Positions 21,455 through 31,816 of a stretch of DNA of 64,000 nucleotides are shown here, one piece after another. The notes below the pieces were generated by a model that saw only the letters and a program-made list of their open reading frames with translations, searched no databases and was not told the DNA's origin. Position 1 is the stretch's first letter. The number at the start of each line of letters is the position of its first letter. The position numbers and the translations under genes are program-made. This DNA is from an uncultured Actinomycetes bacterium (GTDB taxonomy: Bacteria > Actinomycetota > UBA4738 > HRBIN12): contig OY969934.1 of assembly GCA_963704725.1 (NCBI GenBank), positions 3,200,001 through 3,264,000 of the forward strand. The letters are read 5' to 3'.

Positions 21455-23077
21455 TCGACCGAGGTTCTTGATCCGCGTGACGAACTCGCCGCGCTTGTGG
21501 TCGCGCAGGATCACGCTCGCGGCGTTGCGCCCCGGTACGCCCATCACGCCGCCGCCGGGGTGCGTCCCCGAGCCGCACAGGTACAGCCCGGCCACCGGCG
21601 AGCGGTAGTCGCCGTAGTTGGGGATGGGGCGGAAGCTGAACATCTGATCGGGCGCCAGCTCACCCTGCATGATGTTCCCTCCGAGCAGCCCGAAGCGCTC
21701 CTCGATGTCCCGGGGCGCGAGCACCTCGACCCGCTCGATCGAGTCCTCGAGCTTCGGCGCGTGCGCGCCGATCGCGGCCAGCGCCCGCTTCGCGAACTCC
21801 TCACGCCCGCCGTCGTCCCACGATCCCTCGCGCAGGTCGTACGGCCCGTACTGCGCGAAGCCCAGCATGAGATGCATGCCGTCCGGCGCGAGGCCCTCCG
21901 GCTCGTGGGCCGTCGGGAACACGACCTCGATGTAGGGGTGCTCGGACATCCGCCCGTACTTCGCGTCGTCCCACGCGCGCTCGAGGTACTCGATCGAGGG
22001 CGAGACCGCGACGAGGCCCTTGTGCACCTCGCCCGGCTGGTCCCACGACGGGAACTCCGGGAGGTCGGACAGCGCGACGTTCAGCTTCACGGAGCCCGAC
22101 CGCGTGCGATAGCGCTTCACGTCGCGAACGACGTCGCCGGGCAGCCGCTCCTCCCCCACGAGCGAGAGGTACGTGGTGACGGGGTGCGCGCCGGAGACGA
22201 CGCGCTGCGAGCGGACGAGCGAGCCGTCCACGAGCGCGACGCCGACGGCGCGGCCGCTCGCGTTGATGGCGAGCCGATCCACCTCCGCGTTCGTCCGGAC
22301 CTCCGCCCCCGCGGCCTCCGCCGCCCGCGCCATGGCCTGCGAGATGCCGCCCATCCCTCCCTTCACCCACGCCCACGCGCCCGGGTGGCCGTCGATCTCG
22401 CCGATCCAGTGGTGCATGAGGACGTAGGCGCTCCCCGGGGTCATCGGGCCGCACCACCCGCCGATGATGGCCTGCGTCGCGAGCGCCCCCTTGACCCGAT
22501 CGTCCTCGAACCACTCGTCCAGGAAGTCGGCCGCGCTCATCGTGAACAGGCGCACTACCTCGTGGACGTCGCGGCCGCTCCACTTGCGGAACCGGCCGGC
22601 GGTGGTGGCCCACTTCGGCAGGTCGCGCAGGTTCAGGTTGGGCGGCACGACGAACAGCAGGTCCTTCAACAGCCGGGCGACGTGGTCGAAGTAGCGGTCG
22701 AACGCGACGTACCGCTCGGCGTCGGTGGCGCTGAACCGGCCGATCGCCTCGGCGTCGCGCTTCACGTCTCCCCACAGCGTCAGGGAGGAGCCGTCGTCGA
22801 ACGGGACGAAGTAGTCGGGCGCGATGATCGAGACCTGGTACCCGAAGCGCTTCAGGTCGAGCTCGCGGACGACCTGTGGCGGCATCAGCGACACCACGTA
22901 GGAGGCGCTCGAGACGCGATAGCCGGGCCAGGGCTCCTCGGTCGCGGCCGCGCCCCCCAGGACGTCGCGTTTCTCCAGGACGAGCACGTCCAGCCCGGCC
23001 TTGGCAAGGTAGGCTGCGCACGCGAGGCCGTTGTGGCCTCCCCCGATGATGACGACGTCTCGCTCGAACGCGCCCAC
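21452..23077 (-). CDS. Phytoene-desaturase-family (PYROXD2-like) NAD(P)/FAD oxidoreductase
   Basis: IGGGHNGL, SSASYVVSL, GSAYVLMHH, GGMG, GGNIMQGEL, GTHPGGGVMG. Confidence 0.88.
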   Translation of the reverse strand: MGAFERDVVIIGGGHNGLACAAYLAKAGLDVLVLEKRDVLGGAAATEEPWPGYRVSSASYVVSLMPPQVVRELDLKRFGYQVSIIAPDYFVPFDDGSSLTLWGDVKRDAEAIGRFSATDAERYVAFDRYFDHVARLLKDLLFVVPPNLNLRDLPKWATTAGRFRKWSGRDVHEVVRLFTMSAADFLDEWFEDDRVKGALATQAIIGGWCGPMTPGSAYVLMHHWIGEIDGHPGAWAWVKGGMGGISQAMARAAEAAGAEVRTNAEVDRLAINASGRAVGVALVDGSLVRSQRVVSGAHPVTTYLSLVGEERLPGDVVRDVKRYRTRSGSVKLNVALSDLPEFPSWDQPGEVHKGLVAVSPSIEYLERAWDDAKYGRMSEHPYIEVVFPTAHEPEGLAPDGMHLMLGFAQYGPYDLREGSWDDGGREEFAKRALAAIGAHAPKLEDSIERVEVLAPRDIEERFGLLGGNIMQGELAPDQMFSFRPIPNYGDYRSPVAGLYLCGSGTHPGGGVMGVPGRNAASVILRDHKRGEFVTRIKNLGR

Positions 23078-23137
23078 GGGAGACCGAGGTTACCGGGCGC
23101 GACAGCGTGCTCGCAAACCCGAGGGGGTCGGGGCCGC

Positions 23138-24352
23138 GTGAGGTTCAACCTCAGGCTCGACGCGCTCCATCGGCGAGCGCTCGTCAACGGCGGCATCGCG
23201 ACGGCGGTGACGTTCGTGGTCGGGTTGGGGATCGTCGTCGGGGTCTCCGCGCGTGACTCGGCCGTGCCCGAGCGGAGCCCCAGCCCCACCGTGACCACGC
23301 CGGCGCCCCCGCCGTGCACTCCGTCGTGGGAGATCGCGCAGACGGCGAACCCCGGCGCGGCGCCGAGTTGGTTGTCCGATCTGACGGTCATCAGCGGTTC
23401 GGAGGCCTGGGCGGTGGGTGGGTCCGGAGACCCCGAGGCTCCCGTCTCCGTCCTCATCGAGCGATGGGACGGGACGGCGTGGACGGCGGAGGAGGGTCCG
23501 AGGCCGGGGACCCAGATCAACGAGCTCCGGGCGGTCGACACGGTCGGATCCGTCGACGAGATCCAATACAACGACGTGTGGGCGGTGGGCCGCACGTCGA
23601 GCGGATTCGGCGATCGCCCTCTCGTCCTCCACTTCGACGGAACCGAGTGGCTCGACGTCGGTCTCCCGAGCGAGGTCACCGGCGTGCTGAACGGCGTCGT
23701 CGCGACCGCGTCGAACGACGTGTGGGTCGTCGGCTACACCGGCGACGCCGCGGCGTCGCTCGAGCACGCCCTCATCCTGCACTGGGATGGCCAGCTCTGG
23801 GCGACCGTCGATCCCGGCCGAGCCGTCGGCGTCGGCAGGAGCGCGCTCCTGGACGTGGAGGCGCTCGCGCCGAACGACGTGTGGGCCGTGGGATACCTGC
23901 ACACCAAACCCTTGATCGTGCACTACGACGGGAGCGAATGGACGCGGTCCGAGACGGACTCCACCGGGACGACCGCCGCGGTCTTGCCGGTCAGCTCCAC
24001 CGATGCCTGGACGGTGGGCTCGCCGATCGAACGCTTCGACGGGCAGGGGTGGGCGCGGGCGGCCGGCGTCCGGCTGGACGGCGAGCTCCTGTCCGTGGCC
24101 GCGGTGGATCAGAACGACGTGTGGGCCGTGGGGCTCCAGCCGCTTCCCCAGGGCGGGACCAGGTCGATCGTCCTTCGGTTCGACGGGCTCCGATGGGGGC
24201 CGGTGACCGGACCCGGCGTGCCGGGCTCGGACGCCCTCACCGGCGTCGACGCCCTGCCCGACGGAACGGTGCTCGGCGTGGGATACAAGGACGTCCAGGC
24301 CGGCCGGCGCACGATCGCCATCCTCGGCAAGACCTGCCAACCCCCGTCGTGA
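23138..24352 (+). CDS. Membrane-anchored extracellular beta-propeller-like repeat protein
   Basis: N-terminal TM segment, Pro/Thr linker, repeated (N)DVWAVG...(H/R)(W/F/Y)DG..W units. Confidence 0.72.
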   Translation: MRFNLRLDALHRRALVNGGIATAVTFVVGLGIVVGVSARDSAVPERSPSPTVTTPAPPPCTPSWEIAQTANPGAAPSWLSDLTVISGSEAWAVGGSGDPEAPVSVLIERWDGTAWTAEEGPRPGTQINELRAVDTVGSVDEIQYNDVWAVGRTSSGFGDRPLVLHFDGTEWLDVGLPSEVTGVLNGVVATASNDVWVVGYTGDAAASLEHALILHWDGQLWATVDPGRAVGVGRSALLDVEALAPNDVWAVGYLHTKPLIVHYDGSEWTRSETDSTGTTAAVLPVSSTDAWTVGSPIERFDGQGWARAAGVRLDGELLSVAAVDQNDVWAVGLQPLPQGGTRSIVLRFDGLRWGPVTGPGVPGSDALTGVDALPDGTVLGVGYKDVQAGRRTIAILGKTCQPPS

Positions 24353-24433
24353 CCCACCGAGAGGCGGGCGAGGGATACTCGGCGTGACGACGAGGGCCGG
24401 CCCGGGACGGTCGGCGCGGCGGAGGGCGGCACG

Positions 24434-25396
24434 ATGGGCGAGATCACGGTCGGCGTCGACATCGGAGGGACGAAGATCCAGGCGGCCGCCGTGCGCGGCG
24501 GCGAGGTCGTCGGCGCGCATCGGCTGATGACGCCGCAGCAGGGCGCCAAGGAGCTCGTCTCGGCGATGGCCGTCGCGTTCGGCAAGGCGCTCGCCGAGGC
24601 GGGGTCCACTCGAAAGGACGTCGAGGCGATCGGCGTCGGCGTCCCCGGCGCGGTCGACGCGGCCGCCGGGACCGTCGCGGTCGGGAACAACGTGCCGGGC
24701 CTGGACCGGGCGAAGCCCGTGCCGCTCGCGGCGATGATGTCCGAGGCCACCGGCGGAACGCCGGTCCGGCTCGAGAACGACGCGCGGGTCGCGCTGCTCG
24801 GCGAGTGGAAGCGGGGGGCCGGGAGACCGTACCGGCACCTCCTCGGGGTCTGGGTCGGCACCGGCGTGGGTGGGGGGCTCGTCCTGAACGGCGTCCCGTT
24901 CGAGGGCCGGGGGGCGGCGGGTGAGATCGGCCACATGGTCGTGAGACCGGGCGGGCGCGTGTGCTCCGACGCGCGCCGGGGGCACCTGGAGGCCTACGCC
25001 GGCCGGGGCCGCATGGAGGCGCGCGCCCGCCGGCTGGTGGAGAAGGGACGCAAGACGGTCCTGTTCGAGCTCATGGAGAAGAAGGGCCGGGTCCGGCTCT
25101 CCTCGGGCGTGATCGCCGAGGCGCTCGAGCGCGAGGACAAGCTCGCCCACGAGCTGGTCGACGACGCGGTGTGGGCGCTCGGGGTGGCGCTCGCGTCGGT
25201 GCAGAACCTGCTCGCGCTCGAGGCCATCGTGGTGGGGGGTGGGCTGGGCGACCGGCTCGGCAAGCCCTTCGTCGACCGCATCGCCGCAGAGATGGCGCCG
25301 AAGCTCTTCGTCCCCGACGCGGCCCCCGAGATGCTGACGACGCAGTTCGGCGACCTCTCGGGCGCGGTGGGGGCCGCCGTGCTCGCCGGCAGCTGA
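24434..25396 (+). CDS. ROK family sugar kinase
   Basis: GVDIGGTK, LENDA, GTGVGGG, GEIGH; no HTH domain. Confidence 0.9.
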   Translation: MGEITVGVDIGGTKIQAAAVRGGEVVGAHRLMTPQQGAKELVSAMAVAFGKALAEAGSTRKDVEAIGVGVPGAVDAAAGTVAVGNNVPGLDRAKPVPLAAMMSEATGGTPVRLENDARVALLGEWKRGAGRPYRHLLGVWVGTGVGGGLVLNGVPFEGRGAAGEIGHMVVRPGGRVCSDARRGHLEAYAGRGRMEARARRLVEKGRKTVLFELMEKKGRVRLSSGVIAEALEREDKLAHELVDDAVWALGVALASVQNLLALEAIVVGGGLGDRLGKPFVDRIAAEMAPKLFVPDAAPEMLTTQFGDLSGAVGAAVLAGS

Positions 25397-25400
25397 GCCG

Positions 25401-26069
25401 CTACGTGGCGTCGAGGCAGCCCGAGACCTGCTCGGGCAGGCCGGGGATGGTCAGGCCCGCACCGCCCTCCACGAAGTCGTACGGGATCCCGGGCCACGTG
25501 CCGGGCAGCCCGGCGTAGGCCTTCGGCTCGGGGTCGCCGCTGTCGTACTGGAACCCGATCCAGTCCGGCGAGTGGAACCCCGACGTGTCGTACGGCGCCA
25601 CCGCCACGAGCCCGCGGCCGAACCGGCGCGCCTCGACGAGGAACCTGCCCTGGAACGCGAGGTCGTTCTTGGCGTAGAGCTTCACGTACCAGCGCTGCAC
25701 GTCGAGCAGGTAGCCCTTGTCCGAGGGCGGCGACTCGGGCCCGACGAAATAGCGCAGGTCCACCACCTCGAGCGGGCCGCGGACGTCCGTGGTCCGCCGG
25801 ATGATCCCGAGCGGCTGCAGGAACCTCGGCGAGTCGGCCGGCGGCGTCACCCAGCCGTTCACACAGTCGACCGCAGCGACGCCGCGGGTGGGCGGCGGTT
25901 CCTCCGGAGACGCCGGGGGCGTCGGGGAGACGGACGGGCTCTCGATCGGGGTGATCGACGGGGGCGGCGAGGACGCTCCCGAGGCCGCGTCGCCGCCGCC
26001 GTCGCCCGTGCAGGCGGCGAGGACGAGCGACAGCACGAGCGTTGCGATGGAGAAGTTGCGCGTTCGCAT
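25401..26069 (-). CDS. Hypothetical lipoprotein
   Basis: Lipobox LAAC, Pro/Ser-rich linker, globular C-terminal domain. Confidence 0.7.
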   Translation of the reverse strand: MRTRNFSIATLVLSLVLAACTGDGGGDAASGASSPPPSITPIESPSVSPTPPASPEEPPPTRGVAAVDCVNGWVTPPADSPRFLQPLGIIRRTTDVRGPLEVVDLRYFVGPESPPSDKGYLLDVQRWYVKLYAKNDLAFQGRFLVEARRFGRGLVAVAPYDTSGFHSPDWIGFQYDSGDPEPKAYAGLPGTWPGIPYDFVEGGAGLTIPGLPEQVSGCLDAT

Positions 26070-26174
26070 GGAGGTCACGGTCGGAGGCTTACGCAGGATA
26101 CCGTCATTGATAGGGTCCGGGACCGTGCATCTCCCGGACGGTCCGAGCGCTCGCCGGATACGAACGCCGTGACC

Positions 26175-27568
26175 ATGGACTCTCGCCTTTCCTCTCCCGG
26201 CGGACGTTCCTCCGACGCTCGGGCCTCGCGCTCGCCGGCGCCACCCTGTACGCCTGCACCGGCGGCGGGAGCAAGAACCCGGTCACACCGACGACCACGG
26301 CCTCGGTCGCGGCGGTCGAGACGCGGTGGCCGATCAAGCGCGTGGTGTACGTCATGCTCGAGAACCGGAGCTTCGACAACCTGTTCGGCCGCTACCCCGG
26401 GGCGAACGGCACGACGGTGGGCGTGAAGCTCGGGCAGGAGGTGGACCTGCTGCCGGCGCCGCACTGGCTGCCCGGCGACCTCCCGCACGACCGGTCGGCC
26501 CACCTGAACGACGTGAACGGCGGCACGTACGACGGGTTCGGGCAGGGGCAGTTCGGCGACCCGTGGGCGTACACGGCGTTCGAGGGCGACCGCGTCCCCG
26601 CGTACTGGCAGCTCGCGAAGGACTACGTGCTCTGCGACAACTTCTTCTCCTCGGTCGGCGGACCCTCGTACCCCAACCACTTCTACTTCGTGGCCGGCCA
26701 GTCGGGCGGCGCGCTCGACAACCCCGAGAACATCGAGGTGCGCGTCGACCAGGAGCGGAACCGGCAGTTCAAGAGCTGGGGATGCGACGCCGTGGGCGAC
26801 CACGTGTTCGTGCTCGTGAAGGACGAGCACGGCAACCTCGCCAAGCACTCCTCCTGCTTCGACTTCCGCACCGTGCCCGAGCAGCTCGAGGAGATCGGCG
26901 TCTCGTGGGCGTACTACGCCGCGAGCCCGTACCAGCCGGGGTACTTCTGGAACGCGCTGAACGGCGTCTCGGGCGTGTTCCACACCGACCTGTGGCGAGA
27001 CGAGACGATCCGCCCCGTCGACCGCATCGTGCGGGACATCCGCGCCGGTGCGCTGCCCTCGGTCACGTGGGTCACACCGCGCTTCGAGCTCTCGGACCAC
27101 CCGCCGGAGAGCACGTGCTTCGCGCAGAACTGGCTCGCCGACGTCGTCAACGCCGTGACCGAGAGCGACGGCTGGGAGCACACCGCGATGTTCATCACGT
27201 GGGACGAGTGGGGCGGCCTCTACGACCACGTGGTCCCGCCGGCCGTCGACGACCTGGGGTTGGGGTTCCGCGTGCCGGCGCTCGTCGTCTCGCCCTACGC
27301 CAAGCGGGGCTACGTCGACGACGCCGAGGGCGAGTTCTCCACCCCGCTGCGGTTCATCGAGGACAACTGGGGGCTGACGCACCTCACCTCGAGGATCGAG
27401 CGCGCGCACGACTTCGAGCACGTCTTCGACTTCGGGCGGAACCCGCGGACCGACGCCCGGCCCGTTCCGAAGACCCGGGACTGCTACGGCACACCGTGGG
27501 AGTTCCCCGGCGACGACTACCCGGGGTGGCCCTCCACGACGACGCCCGATCCGACGCAGTTCGTGTAG
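26175..27568 (+). pseudogene. Phosphoesterase / phospholipase C family Tat lipoprotein with a frameshift near the 5' end
   Basis: MLENRSFD, GPSYPNH, TWDEWGG, GFRVP. The Tat signal SRRTFL and lipobox LYAC are in frame with the enzyme, but the ATG at 26175 is out of frame (one base missing near 26190). Confidence 0.8.
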
Positions 27569-27571
27569 TCG

Positions 27572-27952
27572 TCAGCTGGCGTGCCGCTCGACGTGCAGAT
27601 CGAGCCGCGCGTGCATCGCGTCGAGCCGCGCGTCGACCCCGTCGAACCCGGACTCCATCCGGCTCTCGAGAGAATCGATGCGCCTGCCGAGGGACTCCCC
27701 CACCCCGTCGACCGTGGCATCGAGGTGGTCGATCCTGGCCCCGAGCGCGGCGCCCTGGGCGTCGATCCGCTCGATGAGCGCAGCGCCTTGCGCGTCGATC
27801 CGCTCGGTGAGCGCGGCACCCTGGGCGTCGATCCGGGCACCCTGGGCGTCGATCCGGGCACCCTGGGCGTCGATCCGGGCGCCGAGGTAGAACAGCGTGC
27901 CGAGCGAGACGGCGCCGAACAGGCCGATCGCGGTCCAGATCGCGGCGATCAT
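27572..27952 (-). CDS. Small membrane-anchored coiled-coil protein with RIDAQGA repeats
   Basis: Hydrophobic N-terminus followed by five RIDAQGA units. Confidence 0.7.
   Translation of the reverse strand: MIAAIWTAIGLFGAVSLGTLFYLGARIDAQGARIDAQGARIDAQGAALTERIDAQGAALIERIDAQGAALGARIDHLDATVDGVGESLGRRIDSLESRMESGFDGVDARLDAMHARLDLHVERHAS
27815..27877. repeat. Three exact 21-bp tandem repeats
   Basis: ggcaccctgggcgtcgatccg x3, with related 33-bp units upstream on the + strand. Confidence 0.92.
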
Positions 27953-28034
27953 CGGGCTATCACGCTAGCACGGGGGTCTGACGGCTCGGAAGACGGGCGC
28001 CGCGCCAACGCTGAAGCGCTTCGGTCTCTCTCGC

Positions 28035-30122
28035 TCACGACCGTTGGATCACGAGCGCGTCGACGGCCACGCAGCCGTTCGGGCCGCAGATCACGGGGTT
28101 CGCGTCGAGCGCGTCGATGCGGTCCCCCAGGTCGTGCGCGAGCCAGGAGACCGCGACCACCGCTCGGACGAGCGCGTCGAGGTCGGCGGGCGGCTCGCCG
28201 CGGAACCCTTCCAAGAGCGGGCGCACCTTCAGGCCGTCGACCATGCGCCGCGCCCGCATCTCGTCCAGGGGCGGCACGGCCAACCGGCGATCGCGCAGGA
28301 CCTCCACGAGCACACCCCCCGCCGCGACCAGAACGAGCGGGCCGAACTGCGGGTCGTGGACGATGCCCAGGTTCATCTCGACGCCCGGTGGAGCCATCGG
28401 CGCCACCACCACGGCGGGACCGAGCGAGGCGCGCAGCCCTTCGTAGGCCTCCACCACCTCCGTCGGATCGCGGAGGTTCAGTCGAACCCCACCGACGTCC
28501 GACTTGTGCACGATCCCGCGCATCGCCGTCTTGACCACGACCGGGTACCCGAGCTCCCGGGCGGCGTCGAGGGTCTCGGCGGCGGTCGAGGCGAGGCGGC
28601 GGTCGACCACGGAGACTCCCCAGTCCGCGAGGAGCGCGAGCCCCTCCGACTCCCCCAGCGGCGTCGGCTCCGTCAGGCGCTCGCGCCATCGCTCGCGGAT
28701 CCCGATCGCAACCGGGGAGTCGCCCTCGAGCGCGGGCCGCGCGCGGTGGTCCCGATACTCGAACAGGTGGCGGAACGCGGCGAGACCCGTGAGCGTGCCC
28801 TCGAGCACGGGGATGCCGGCGTCCTCGAGAAGCTGAACGTCGCCCCGGTCGATCCCGCTCGACAGGTTCGAGAGCATCGCGTACGGCTTGTCGGTCTCGC
28901 CGAACGTCGCGGTGGCCATCCCGATGTAGCCCATGTCGGGGCTGTCCTCCGTCGTGAGGTCGACGGCGAACGCGAGCGCGGCGACGTCCGGATCGTCCAG
29001 GAGCGCCCGGACGCACCCCGTCACCACCTCGTGCGCGTCGCGCCCGGTTCCCCAGAAGTCGAGCGGGTTCACCGCGAGGAGCCCCTCGTCGAGCAGGGCC
29101 GCCATGCGCTCGGAGGTCTCCGCCGAGATCCGGGCCAGCGGAACCCCGACCGCGGCGGCCGAGTCGACGAGCAGCGCGCGCTCGCCCCCGGAGTCGTGGA
29201 CGGTGGCCAGCCCGCCCGGTCCGGCCCGGCGCCCGGCGTCGAACAGCGCGAGCGTGTCCGCCATCTCGTCCAGGCTCTCGACGCGGAGTACGCCGTAGGC
29301 GTCGAACAGGGCCTCGTACGCACCGTCCTCGCCGGCCAGCGCCCCCGAGTGCGCCTCGACCATCGCGCGCGTGAGGGTCTCGCGTCCCACCTTCAGCACG
29401 ACGACGGGGACGTCTCGCTCCTGCGCCCGGCGCACCGCATCCACGAACCCGACCGGATCGCGGATCGTCTCGATGAACAGCCCGATCACGGTTGTGCTGT
29501 CGAGCGAGAGGGCGTATCGCAGGTAATCGGCCGCCGTCGTGACCAGCTCCTGCCCCGCCGACACGGCCAGGTTCAAGCCCAGGTTGCGGCGGTTGTGAAT
29601 CACGGCGCTGAAGGCCGAGCCCGAGTGCGACACGAACGTGATGCCCCCGACCTTCACGTCCTTCGGCTCGTAGAACCCCAGCGCGCGCACGCGCCGCTCG
29701 AAGTTGGCGAACCCCATCCCGTTGCCGCCGCACACGGCCATCCCGGCCCCGCGCGCGATCGCGGCCAGGCGGTCGGTGAGCGGCGGGAGGCCCTCGCGCG
29801 GCGTCTCGTAGCCGCTGGCGAAGATCACGGCGGAGGCGGCCCCGGCCTCGGCGGCCAGCCCGAGCTGCTCCTCGAGACGGGCGTTCGACACCGCCAGGAT
29901 CGCGAGGTCCACGGGCTCGCCGACCTCGGCCAGCGAGGGGAGACACGGCAGGCCGAGGATCTCGCCGTACTTGGGGTTCACCGGGACGATCCGGCCCTCG
30001 AACCCCCCCTCAACGAGCTCGACGAGGCTCTGGTGGCCCACGGAGCCCTCTCGCGCGCTCGCGCCGACGACGGCGACCGAACGCGCCTCCAGCATGCGCT
30101 GGAGGGGGGTGCGCTCCGACAT
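28035..30122 (-). CDS. ADP-forming acyl-CoA ligase (acetate--CoA ligase family)
   Basis: SVAVVGAS CoA-binding domain, AHSGALAG phospho-His, NPLD, HKSDVGGV ATP-grasp, DANP. Confidence 0.9.
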   Translation of the reverse strand: MSERTPLQRMLEARSVAVVGASAREGSVGHQSLVELVEGGFEGRIVPVNPKYGEILGLPCLPSLAEVGEPVDLAILAVSNARLEEQLGLAAEAGAASAVIFASGYETPREGLPPLTDRLAAIARGAGMAVCGGNGMGFANFERRVRALGFYEPKDVKVGGITFVSHSGSAFSAVIHNRRNLGLNLAVSAGQELVTTAADYLRYALSLDSTTVIGLFIETIRDPVGFVDAVRRAQERDVPVVVLKVGRETLTRAMVEAHSGALAGEDGAYEALFDAYGVLRVESLDEMADTLALFDAGRRAGPGGLATVHDSGGERALLVDSAAAVGVPLARISAETSERMAALLDEGLLAVNPLDFWGTGRDAHEVVTGCVRALLDDPDVAALAFAVDLTTEDSPDMGYIGMATATFGETDKPYAMLSNLSSGIDRGDVQLLEDAGIPVLEGTLTGLAAFRHLFEYRDHRARPALEGDSPVAIGIRERWRERLTEPTPLGESEGLALLADWGVSVVDRRLASTAAETLDAARELGYPVVVKTAMRGIVHKSDVGGVRLNLRDPTEVVEAYEGLRASLGPAVVVAPMAPPGVEMNLGIVHDPQFGPLVLVAAGGVLVEVLRDRRLAVPPLDEMRARRMVDGLKVRPLLEGFRGEPPADLDALVRAVVAVSWLAHDLGDRIDALDANPVICGPNGCVAVDALVIQRS

Positions 30123-30131
30123 GCCGGGAGG

Positions 30132-31751
30132 CTACTTCTTGGACCCGACCGCCCGGTCCCGCTTGGCCTGGCGGAACGCCTGCCAGCCGGGGATGCCACA
30201 TACGCCGCCGCCGGCGTGCGTCGCGCTCGAGCCGTGGTACAGGCCCCGGATCGGCGTCCGATAGTCCGCGTACCCGACGGCCGGGCGCATGTGGAAGAGC
30301 TGGTCCACCGAGAGCTCGCCGTGGAAGATGTTCCCGCCGATCAGGCCGAGCTCCTGCTCCATGTCGTACGGGCCGATCACCTGGCGCGCGATCACGCTGG
30401 CCTTGAAGTTCGGCGCGAGCTCCGTGTAGGCGTCGACGATGCGGTCGGCGTAGGCCTCGAGCTCCTCGCGGTGCGGCTCGCTCACCCAATCGTCCGGCAC
30501 CCACTGCGTGAACATCGAGAAGTTGTGGACGCCCTCGGGCATGAGGGTCCGATCGAGCGTCGTCGGGATCACGCCGTCGACGAACGGCCGCTCGGACGCC
30601 TTGCGCAGGAAGTGCGCATCCTGGAACGCCTTCTCGGCGTACTCGGGGCTGAAGCAGAGCTCGACCGAGCCGGTGTGGTGGTCCTTGAGCTCCTTGCCGG
30701 GGTCGGCGATGAAGTCCGGCAGCTCGCTGATGGCGAAGTTGACCTTCACCACGCCGCTGCGGGTGCGGAAGTTGCGGATGTCGCGGACGAAGTCGGCCGG
30801 CAGGTCGGCCTCGTCGAGCAGCTTCAGGAACGCGATCTGCGGGTGAATCGTGGTGACGACGACGGGCGCCCGGAGCTCCTCGCCGTTCTCGAGCGCGACG
30901 CCGACGGCGCGACCGGAGCGGACGAGGATCTTCGCCACCCGGGCGTTCGTGCGGATCTCGGCCCCGAACGACTCGGCGGCCCGACGGCACGCGTCGGAGA
31001 CGCCGCCCATGCCGCCCTCCTGGTACCCCCACGAGCCGAGGTGCCCGTCGCCGACGTCGCCGATCGAGTGGTGGAGCATCACGTACGCCGTGCCCGGCGA
31101 GTCCGGCCCCGCCCACGTCCCGATCACGCCGTTCACGGTGAGCATGCCCTTCACGGGATCGGACTCGAACCACTCGTTCAGCAGGTCGCTCACGCTCATC
31201 GTGAAGAGCTTCGTGACGTCGCCGGCGCCGCGGACGCCGAGCCCTCGCGCTTTCCACGCCACGCGGAGCTGCTCGAGCAGGTCCTTGACCTTCATCGAGC
31301 CGATCGGCGGCGGTACCTGCAGCAGCAGCGGCCCCATCACGTCCGCGACACCCGAGAGCCACGCGTCCCACTTCGGGATGGCCTCGGCGTCCTTCTTGGA
31401 GAACTGCGAGATCGACTCGTAGTTCTTCTTCGCGTCGTCCGCGTAGATCTTGATCGAGCGGCCGTCCGGATACGCCTGGTAGTAGGGCCCGAACGGCGTG
31501 ACCTTGTAGCCGTGCCGCTCGAGCTCGAGCTCCTTGATCACGGTCGGCGGCATGAGGCTCATCACGTACGAGTAGGTCGTCACGCGGAAGTCGGGATGCT
31601 CCGGCCACGGGCTGCTCGTGTCGGCCGCCCCACCCGTCTTGTCCCGGCCCTCCAGGACCACGGTCCGGGCGCCGGACTTGGCGAAGAAGCCCGCGCTGAT
31701 GAGCCCGTTGTGCCCGCCGCCGATCACGATCGCGTCGTAGACGTTGGCCAT
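30132..31751 (-). CDS. Phytoene-desaturase-family (PYROXD2-like) oxidoreductase, paralog of 21452-23077
   Basis: IGGGHNGL, SYVMSL, GTAYVMLHH, GGNIFHGEL, THAGGGVCG. Confidence 0.88.
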   Translation of the reverse strand: MANVYDAIVIGGGHNGLISAGFFAKSGARTVVLEGRDKTGGAADTSSPWPEHPDFRVTTYSYVMSLMPPTVIKELELERHGYKVTPFGPYYQAYPDGRSIKIYADDAKKNYESISQFSKKDAEAIPKWDAWLSGVADVMGPLLLQVPPPIGSMKVKDLLEQLRVAWKARGLGVRGAGDVTKLFTMSVSDLLNEWFESDPVKGMLTVNGVIGTWAGPDSPGTAYVMLHHSIGDVGDGHLGSWGYQEGGMGGVSDACRRAAESFGAEIRTNARVAKILVRSGRAVGVALENGEELRAPVVVTTIHPQIAFLKLLDEADLPADFVRDIRNFRTRSGVVKVNFAISELPDFIADPGKELKDHHTGSVELCFSPEYAEKAFQDAHFLRKASERPFVDGVIPTTLDRTLMPEGVHNFSMFTQWVPDDWVSEPHREELEAYADRIVDAYTELAPNFKASVIARQVIGPYDMEQELGLIGGNIFHGELSVDQLFHMRPAVGYADYRTPIRGLYHGSSATHAGGGVCGIPGWQAFRQAKRDRAVGSKK

Positions 31752-31800
31752 GGTCGTGCCGCTCTCCTCGCTCTGGGAACCCGGGCATCCTTCCACGTCT

Positions 31801-31816
31801 TTGAACGGCCAGTCAA
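31801..31816. promoter_or_regulatory. Putative TetR operator B
   Basis: TTGAACGGCCAGTCAA, 50 bp upstream of the oxidoreductase-ligase unit. Confidence 0.7.

Noticed and set aside
19790-24352. 1520-aa ORF
   Set aside because: Mostly the antisense shadow of the amidase and oxidoreductase genes; only 23138-24352 looks coding.
21452-31751. Carotenoid biosynthesis cluster
   Set aside because: No phytoene synthase, GGPP synthase or cyclase nearby.
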